Positions 52,912 through 64,000 of a DNA stretch of 64,000 bases are shown piece by piece (positions within the stretch are counted from its first letter, which is position 1; the number at the start of each line of letters is the position of its first letter). The position numbers and the translations under genes are program-made. The stretch comes from Octopus sinensis (lineage: Eukaryota). The stretch spans positions 42,532,001-42,596,000 of the forward strand of contig NC_043003.1 in NCBI RefSeq assembly GCF_006345805.1. The letters run 5' to 3'. A model generated the notes under the pieces. The model had not been told where the DNA came from. It saw only the letters and a list, made by a program, of their open reading frames with translations, and did no database searches.

Positions 52912-53317
52912 TAATAATAATAATAATAATAATATTAATAATAATAATACAACGACGACGACGACTACTACTACTACCATCATTACTGTAACCAACATCA
53001 CCTCACTGACACTCTGCCACCACCATCACATCCTCCTCTTTCTGTTCATCATCACCACCAGCTACAAAATCACTAACACTATCACCGTTAATACCACTAC
53101 TAACAAGAGGAAGAAGAAAAAGAAGAAAAGATGGAGGAGGAAAAGAAGGAGAAGAAGAAGAAGAAGAAGAAGAAGAAAACGACAACAACAACACTGCTAC
53201 CGCTATCGAATTCAACACGATGACGACGACAACCACCACTACCACCACAACCATAATACTAAAGCTACCACAATCACAACTGCTATGACCTTTAATTCTA
53301 CGACTATACCACCACCT

Positions 53318-53363
<46 letters not shown>

Positions 53364-53368
53364 CACTA

Positions 53369-53436
<68 letters not shown>

Positions 53437-54011
53437 GACACCACCACTACCGCTACTGCTCTGGCTGTTCACTGGACCGTACTTGATTGCAACACTGTAA
53501 ACCTGGAGTGATGGCTCAGCGTGTCGACAACTATAACAACATAAACAAAAATAAATACATATGAATATATACGCACAGTTTCAAAGACATACACTCTTTT
53601 ACAAATAGACAAATAGATGCAGATACACACACACACATACACATACACACAAGTGAGATAGAAAAAAGGTACAAGACAAAAACACAAAAACCCTGACCAG
53701 CAAAGCTAATTGCATATGTCAAAGCAATTAGCAAGCTTTACACTAGCATGTGGTGAAAATTATGACAGTCAGACACCCTCGTTTTGTCATTGACATGATG
53801 ACGAGGTTGATGGTGGTGGTGGTGGTGGTGGTGGTGGTGGTGATGGTAGTAGTGGTGGTTGTGGTGGTGGAGATAGTGATGATGGCGTGGGTCACCGCGG
53901 TCTGCGGGTATGATATAGTGAATGGATCATAGGTGATAGATAGTAAGTACTGTTGGTGATGGCCGTCAGTGGATCTAAAGTGATGGAGTGGGATTGGCTG
54001 TGGTAGTAGTG

Positions 54012-54067
<56 letters not shown>

Positions 54068-54170
54068 GTGTTGGTAGTGGTAGTTGTTGTTGTTGTGGTG
54101 GTGGTCGTGGTGGTCGTAGTCGTGGGTTTTGGTGCTGGTGCTGGCGAGTGTGGTGGTGGTGGGCATGGTT
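52800..54170. repeat. Mosaic trinucleotide repeats (ACT/AAT/AAG/ACC; GGT/AGT)
   Basis: Direct reading; explains the poly-T/N/R/L/S/V ORFs. Confidence 0.9.
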
Positions 54171-54959
54171 ATTGATGATGATGGTTGAGGTAGCGGCGGG
54201 GGTGGTGCTACCGTCGTCTGATGTCTGGTGTAACGCGTAGATGATAGTGGTGTTGTCTAGGACTTCAAATAGAGGGGATTGAACCGATAGAGAAAGGTGG
54301 AGCTAGTAATGAAGTGCGGGTTGGTGGTAGTGGTGGTGCCGGTTGCGGTGGTGATGGCAATTGGTATCAGTGATGGAGAGTAGCGTGTGTGTGTGTAAGT
54401 GTTGAGAAGCAGTGGGTGGGAAACAAGATGGGTTTGGGTTAGACGAGTAGAAGGGATGAGGTGTGTAAAGGTATGTATAGCGTGTGAAGCGGCGGGAGAC
54501 GACTGAAGTAAAAAGTGAAGATGGTGTGAAGTGAGAGAAAAAGAAGACAAAGAAATATGCGTGTGCAATGAAGGCAAGGTTTTAGGATGCTGGTGGGGGT
54601 AGTGCTAAGGTTACTGTTAAGGAGGATAGAATTAGAGTTGGGGTTAAGTGTGGTCATACATGATGGAGATGGTTAGAAAGGCGTGAGTCACGTTAAGGAA
54701 CATGGAATTTCGTTCTCTTTATATACGTTTGTTATCTCTTTCTTTTGTCGTTGTTTTTGTTGTTCTTGTTGCTGATGTATGGGTATTTTTTTAAGCAACG
54801 GGTGGCTACTAGTTGCTAGGATAGAGTTTCGTCTCGGATAGAGATAATTACTAAAAAATCGGTCAATATTTGATCCCCTGCTTCTATAACTTGTTACTTC
54901 TGATTCGTTTCACAAATTAGCTGGGAAACTGCAATGTGCGCACTCACACACTCAAGCAT

Positions 54960-55413
54960 GCGTGCATTCATGCATGACTACATAACTACATACACATACA
55001 TACATACATACATACATACATACATACATACATACATGCATACGTACATACAAACATACATACATAATACATAATACATACATACACACACACACATACG
55101 TACGCACGTGCATATACATACAAACGTACGTACGTACGTATATGTGTAGATACATATAAACGCATTTACCTATACAGAGACAAGAATATACTGGTATATA
55201 GATACTTATATATATATATGTACTAATCAACATAACCAGCGATATACATTCTATATACTTACATATATACACAGATATAAAAATACCCACACAGAAGTAT
55301 TCATACCACGATAGACACACACACATGCATATACATACATGCAAATATGTGTTTGTGCGTATGTGTGTGTGCGCGAGCGCGTGTGTATTTTTGTATGTAT
55401 GTGTATATATATG

Positions 55414-55497
<84 letters not shown>

Positions 55498-55685
55498 AGC
55501 ACTCGCATACACATATACGTGTACCGTGTATACTGGAAGATAAGGGGAAAGTTGGTTGAGATAAGGGGACAAAAAAGAAATATAAAAGAGGCTGTCTTCC
55601 TAAATTCTTTTTCGTTTTCCTTCTCTTATTTTCCATGTTTGTTTCGATCCACTACTACTACTAATAATAATAATAATAATAATAC

Positions 55686-55724
<39 letters not shown>

Positions 55725-56361
55725 CACTACCACTCCACCACCACCACCACCACCACTACCACTACTGCTGCTATTATTATTATTATCATTGCTATTGTTG
55801 TTGTTGTTGTTATTATTATTATTATTATTATTATTTTACTGTTGTTGTTTATAAAGTATGTGTCACGCGATTTCTGGGTGCCATATTCAATGTCGTTGTG
55901 TAGATATCAATGGAGTTGAAGGCGTTTGGGGTCAGAAGTTGTAACGAACTCGTGTCACACTTGTATAGCGAGTCCTGTGTATGTCTCTATAAAGAGAAAA
56001 GAAACTTTCCTTTCATTTTCGAGCGCTTTAGTTCATGCTATAAACATTTCCAAAAAGGACATCATGTTATATATAAATAATAAAAAAAATAGATATCCAT
56101 CTATATGCATAGAAAACTACGAAATGTGCAGTCAATGTGAATATATATAGAGGCATACATACGCACATGCGTATATACATAATACCATAATACATACATA
56201 TATATTTATATATATGCATATATATATGTATGTATGTATATATATATATATTATATATATATATGTATATATATATATATGTATACATATATATATGTGT
56301 GTATATATATTTATATACATATATATATATATGTGTATGTATATGTGCATATGTGTGTATG

Positions 56362-56401
<40 letters not shown>

Positions 56402-56420
56402 CATACATACATACATACAT
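54960..56420. repeat. (TACA)n/(TA)n/(ACT)n microsatellite-rich region
   Basis: Direct reading. Confidence 0.88.
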
Positions 56421-56731
56421 GCATATATCTACACACACACGCTGGCGTGAACTATGCATGCACAATAAGTGAGGGAATGCACGTTAATGCTTACAAACAC
56501 GAGAAAAACTACTGCAAAGCATAGAGTGATATAATATTTAATAGAAGCTGAACTTCCCTAATACGGCCCCCAATTTCATCTTTTCAATCGTTAAGTAGTG
56601 GTGATTCAAGAGAGAATATTCTTTACTTATTCATGTGACTTTAGCGCTGTTGGTAAACCAGAAAATATTTTAAAGCGAATATGTAGTTTGTAGTACTTGT
56701 AGAGAATTCATAAAATTAGCTTAGGTAAAAC

Positions 56732-56951
56732 CAGGGTCGGATTAAAACCCATAGATGCCCTAAGCACTTAAAAGGTTTTGGTGTCCTCAAGTATGTGTAA
56801 ATAGTTCAAAATGCGAACAAAAATAATTCAAAATGTAAACGATAATAAATCATGAAATAAATATTCATTTTTCGAAAGGAAAGGAAATTTATAAGATGGA
56901 AAATAACGTTTATTTTTGTATACTTCTACTTTATTTATATTTGAAAGTCTT

Positions 56952-57019
<68 letters not shown>

Positions 57020-57223
57020 TGAAAATTGTTCTATGATATCATTAAAATTAATTTTACGTAAAACTGCTTCTTTACTTAGTAGAGATAAAGCATTACGAAT
57101 AGTATTTTAGCAAGTTTATAGTGATTTCTTTCGTGCCGTAAACCATTTTCATTTCTATGGTGCTCCCGTCCTTTGAAGTCCTAAGTACGTGCTTATTTTG
57201 GTTAATGAGTTAATACGATTGTG
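56732..57223. mobile_element. Old hAT-like MITE candidate
   Basis: Starts CAGGGTCGGATTAA; degenerate inverted end ttaatacgattgtg; ctaagcac/ctaagtac motifs near both ends. Confidence 0.3.
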
Positions 57224-58441
57224 TTAAGTAACTTTGATTGCTAAATATTATTTAGGAACAACAGAAAGACAATGAAGTAAAGACAAAAGGGAAGTGGAGA
57301 ATGAAAAACAAACTGAACGAAAGATATGGACGGGGAACGGTCGAAGTGCATGGAAAAGTTGTTTCAAATAATTAAAAGTATCGAGAGATTTTTATAAATC
57401 CCAAAATAATTATGATGTATGTGATATTAGAAAATAAAAGAGAGCGACTGGGGTTAGATAAAGTGCGTTTGGATAAAAGATTTATTGTATTAAATATTGT
57501 TTTAAATAGAAATTGATAGAGTTTTATTTTCAAAATGGAGAAAACAGAAAGTGAACAATATAAAAATAGGAAATAAAATAGGAAAGAAAGGATATAAAGT
57601 TTGCAGAGGTTGAATAGTTTAGGTGCAGAAAAATGAAAGTTAATTGTAAAGTGCTAAACGTTATGATATTAATCTATTGTAGAAAAACAATAAAAGAATA
57701 ATTCGTACATGACAACCGGTGGGATATCATCGTATTTTATCATATAAAAACATATAATTAATTAACGGTGCGGGGTTTTCAATTTTTCAATGCATGTGAT
57801 ACTTTGTGCCTACAAAATAAAATTTTTTAAAAAACAAAAGGTTTTATAAGTGTAAAACTATAATAAGAATGCGTGTTTCTTAGAGATGCATTAATTTCAA
57901 AATTTGGAGATTTGGTTATAACGAGTTGCTTGCTTCAAATGTTCTATCAGATACTAAAATCGATGTGGCTATATTTTAAGAATCAAATACAATTCGATAA
58001 AGTAGTGCATGTGGGTGGGGGTTCTTGCTGGATTCCTACTTAGCTATCATCCTACATATCTACACATATACATAGCCATGCGCGTTCACACACACACACA
58101 CATACACACATATAAATACACACACACATACATATGTATATGTGTACGTATGGGTGAAAGCATTTGTATGTTAGTTCGTGTTGTAAACATTGGGATTTAC
58201 AAATTTATGAAGATCATTAATCAATAAAATACTGAATACCTTTTATATACAAACTTTTTATATTTTTCATCTAAGTGCATACAGTACAGGAGAGTCCGCT
58301 GTTTCGGAAATCTCTTAAGATTCCTGAATGAGGCACTGATTGTGAACTAATAGAGAAACTCCATAATTGGGTAAATACTCGAATTATATGTGTTTGGAGG
58401 TGTGCTTTCGCGTTTTAACTTAGTTCATATTGTCATACTTG

Positions 58442-59075
58442 TGTCGGATCGATATAACACACACTTCGGTATAGCAGTATAGTTCTTAGACCAGTAAAGA
58501 CACGACTGTCTAAGAACGTCTACTTTGCATTCTCTCCTGACATTGACCGACACCACTTTATTTATAGCAACTAAGCCACTCGTCGCGTGGGTGTGATGTA
58601 CCATTATTACTATATCCCCACAACATCTCCCCTTTTAAGTTTTTCTTATTTTCTTAGGGAGTATTATTTTATTTCTTTTCATAGCAATACTTTTTATACC
58701 ACTTCATCTCCCCTTTCTGAGATTTTTTCTTCTTAGTTACACATTTAATATTTTTTCCCGTTTAGCATCCACTTCCAGGAACTCCGTACATTTACTTTTC
58801 TTGACACTGAGTCGTGTCAGTACTTGAAAAGTATCATATAAGCGTTCCATTGGTTCTTCCATTCTCTTGGGTTTGCTCTCAAGGAATCTTTTTTTACTGT
58901 TGTTTCATGTGTCTCTGGCATATGCCTTTTCTAATATGCACTCATAAATACCTTTTCACCAATTTTTAAGAATCTTGCTGTATTTTCCCTTGCAATTTTT
59001 CTTTTTCTTGCTCGATAGCAATTTATCGAAGACTTATTTTCTTTTCCTCGCAAACATCAGCTTAAGTCAATGAGA
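58442..59075 (-). mobile_element. Gypsy-type LTR retrotransposon 3' end: integrase tail, PPT and 184-bp LTR
   Basis: Minus strand: LMFARK..VFDKLL, KIGEKVF, EEPMERLYDTF; PPT AAAAGGGGAGA directly before the LTR TGTTG(58625)...CGACA(58442), which contains TATAAATAAA. Confidence 0.72.
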
Positions 59076-60116
59076 AAAGAACAGCAAAATTTTGTTTCGG
59101 GTTTAATCTAGAGCACGGATGATTTTCTCTTGAGAGAAACAGATTGCAAATAATCATTTCAGAGCAGCTTTTGATATTTTACCAATTTGACCGCAAGCAT
59201 CACCAAAGTCACCACCATCACCAATAACTACAACAACGTCGACGACAGCCACCGACACCACCACCATGATACGAAGGCGAATAATTAGAAGTAGTCTAAT
59301 TATGACCTTCATTGTTTTTTTTATCGTAGAATCTAAGAAAACTTTATAGAAAACTCTGTCCTGTGATGTTCCGTTTGTAAATGCTACTGTAAGTTTTCTT
59401 ATTATGAAGCTATGAAAGCAAAGCACGGTAATATAGACACCTTTCCAAGTTCTTTCACTTAGAACTTTCCATCATCTCACAAAGACCTCTTGAAGAACAT
59501 TTTTTTTTATATATGACGACTTACCATCATATACACATTTCTTGCTGGTCAATTTCAAATCGGTTTTCCGTCCTGACTACCTGATATCTGACGAAAACGA
59601 CTGATACATCCAACCCAGTCGACAACCACGGGATTAACTCCAGAATTCAAAGCAGAAGAGGTTCTTCATACATGCCGAAAGAAGAAAACGAAGAAGCACC
59701 ATAAACAACACACCTGTGCAAAGGAACGATCATCTGACCGAATCACGCAAAGAATTAAAAAAGCGCGCAACGTCTCTACATATTCAGACCAGTATTCCAT
59801 TTCCATTATTTTAGATTTATCAACATGTATATGCAATCAACAAGCCAACAAGAAGCTTTTTGGGATATGAAATAATCAGTTAACAACAAATAATTTTTGA
59901 GCACAATACAAATTTCGTTGTACTCATATATCGAGCACTTTCGTTCTGTAAACAGATGCACACATACATAGGCGCGCACGCACACACACATATAGACGTG
60001 TATATGCGTATGTACGTATTGTGTGTGTGTGTGTGTATTTATTCATTTATTTATCTGTTTATATTGAGAAGGGATCCGGGAATTCAGCTGGATTATGCCT
60101 GTATATGTGTATGAAA

Positions 60117-60197
<81 letters not shown>

Positions 60198-60388
60198 CAT
60201 ATATCTTGCATATACGGAAAATGCGGTCACATATTGTAGTGGATGAAAAATTATTGTGAGCTAAAGAAACATACAAAAATAATTAGTAATTTTATATGCC
60301 ACATTGTTTGGCATACAGTACCTATATCATATAACCGAATAATACATCATTGTGTGCGTGTGTGTCTGTGTTTATATGTATATATATA

Positions 60389-60432
<44 letters not shown>

Positions 60433-61299
60433 TGTGTGTGTTTGTGTGTGTAAATAATATATACATATATATATATGATATATTCTATATGAATATATAT
60501 ATCCTTGGGTATCTTTTTTCATCAACAAATTTATATATTTGATTATGTGCATTGACGCATTAATATATTTCTGTGTAATTTGAGAATATAGAATACACAA
60601 TATCTTCCCTCTGGAAAATTGATTTGTGTCAATTTCTGACCGACAGGAAGACGTTAGAATGCCAAAGGGTTATGATATTTATCTAAAACTCTTATGAATT
60701 TCGTTTGTGTAGAAATATATCACTTCGCAATTCTTGACAAGATCGGGTTACTCATTATTAAAGTTATTGTTCATTTATTTTTGTCCGTTTTCTGCTGGAG
60801 TTTCATCATACCGGAATCTTAATCCTCCCAGGATTCAACATCTGTTAAATTGCAGTATTAAATCAACAACACATTTCTGGCAGTTAATTGCTCGTTTTCC
60901 CAACTATTTGTTAATTCGTTCTGTTGCTATGTTGTGAAACGTTCAGTTCGGTTGAATAGTTACGGCAGAGATTGATATATAATACGGTGGTATAACCCGT
61001 GACCTAAGAAATAACCACCTGGCAGTGGATATCTGTGATAATAAGCTTATCGTTGCAGTAGATTGTTGATCTGCACACACATACACATACCCACACACAC
61101 ACATACACACACGCCTACACACAAATAAGTAAACAACAATAATCACATCTAAGAACCAAGAACAGCTTCAAATAACAATAAAGCACTCTGTGGCGGTTGG
61201 TGGACTCTGCCCTGTTGTTTGGTATTAATGTGAATTCCCCATGTCACGCAAGTCGATCACAGCATTATAGAAGCTAACGGTAAGCGTACTATAAATACT

Positions 61300-62150
61300 G
61301 AGGTATTTGGAAACGACAATTTGAGAAGTGTCTTGGCCATGGAATCGGCACTCTAATGTCTCCAATGGTTTTATTTATATTCAGATTCACCAAAAGAGAA
61401 GGAACCCCGCCACTTCTTGCTTTGCAGTTTTGGGTAAGCCCTCTAAGAGGGACTGGAGAAAATCGAGATATACTACGACTTACTTGACAATATATAAAAG
61501 AGATATTTGACAAAAATAAGACACCACCTGCAAAATGGCCAGCAGCTTATCCTTTATCCTGTTTAACCCCGCCACAAACAATGTGCACTAATTCAAAAAC
61601 AGACCGACCGACTGATACCCATCTGAGTACCTGAGAACACCAACAGTTCTAATAACATATCTATTAGCATCAGAGGCAGTATTTATACCGAGAATTGATA
61701 TTTAGACGGGGATGTTCTGTTAGAAGAAAATATATCATGAGAGAAGCAACTAGTTAGAATCAAGAGTTAAAGAATTTTCTGTGTGTGAATTTGTTGCAAG
61801 TGATTACAGTGTTGCACAGTACTTTAAAACACTCTTCAGCACAAAAAAGCTATATAACTAGTGGCACAACAGAAGTTGAAACGTCCAGAAGACAATTACA
61901 CTTCATGTTTTTTAAACGAGTTTACCCTCTCCTAGAAAGCATTTGTAATGAAAGATTGGTGGTTCTTCACTCTCAATTGCTAATATACTAATTAACAATA
62001 ACTGGTACCCTGAAGAGGGCTACTACACCAGCTCAAAGTCAACCAGGAAACAAATGATAACTAAGTGGTGGTTCCACACTCCTCAGACCTCTGGACTTCC
62101 CGCACCAGGGATCCCACAACGGCTAACAGTCATATCCAGGAAATAGAAAT
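61300..62150 (+). mobile_element. Highly degenerate Penelope-like remnant with a terminal hammerhead-like motif
   Basis: Weak RT-thumb and GIY-YIG-like relics (GFIYIQIH; KYI..SN.LESRVK); motif CTGAAGA-GGGCT..AGCTC-AAAGTC at 62010-62040. Confidence 0.4.
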
Positions 62151-62177
62151 ATGTATATACGGAGATATATATACCCC

Positions 62178-63982
<1,805 letters not shown>

Positions 63983-64000
63983 TATATATATATATATATT

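Overview
AT-rich eukaryotic DNA, dense in microsatellites and transposon relics. The repeat families look like those of octopus/cephalopod genomes; this is from recognition and is not verified. No host protein-coding gene can be confidently identified, and almost all ORFs in the supplied track are microsatellite artefacts. Supported features: two Helitron remnants (17.2-19.6 kb, 46.5-47.8 kb); a CR1-like LINE fragment next to a 100-N gap; an R4/NeSL-like LINE remnant; Penelope-like element (PLE) fragments; a Gypsy 3' LTR with integrase tail; two mariner relics; a complete but disabled Tc1 element with DD36E spacing and a nested 448-bp insertion; three tRNA-derived SINE families; several long palindromes. 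The most notable signal is a set of minimal type I hammerhead-ribozyme motifs of the PLE type. One family forms the tail of a composite element (tRNA-like head + (AAT)n + hammerhead tail), and one copy of it sits in another SINE between 12-bp target-site duplications. One SINE family also forms 184-bp tandem arrays with an invariant junction.
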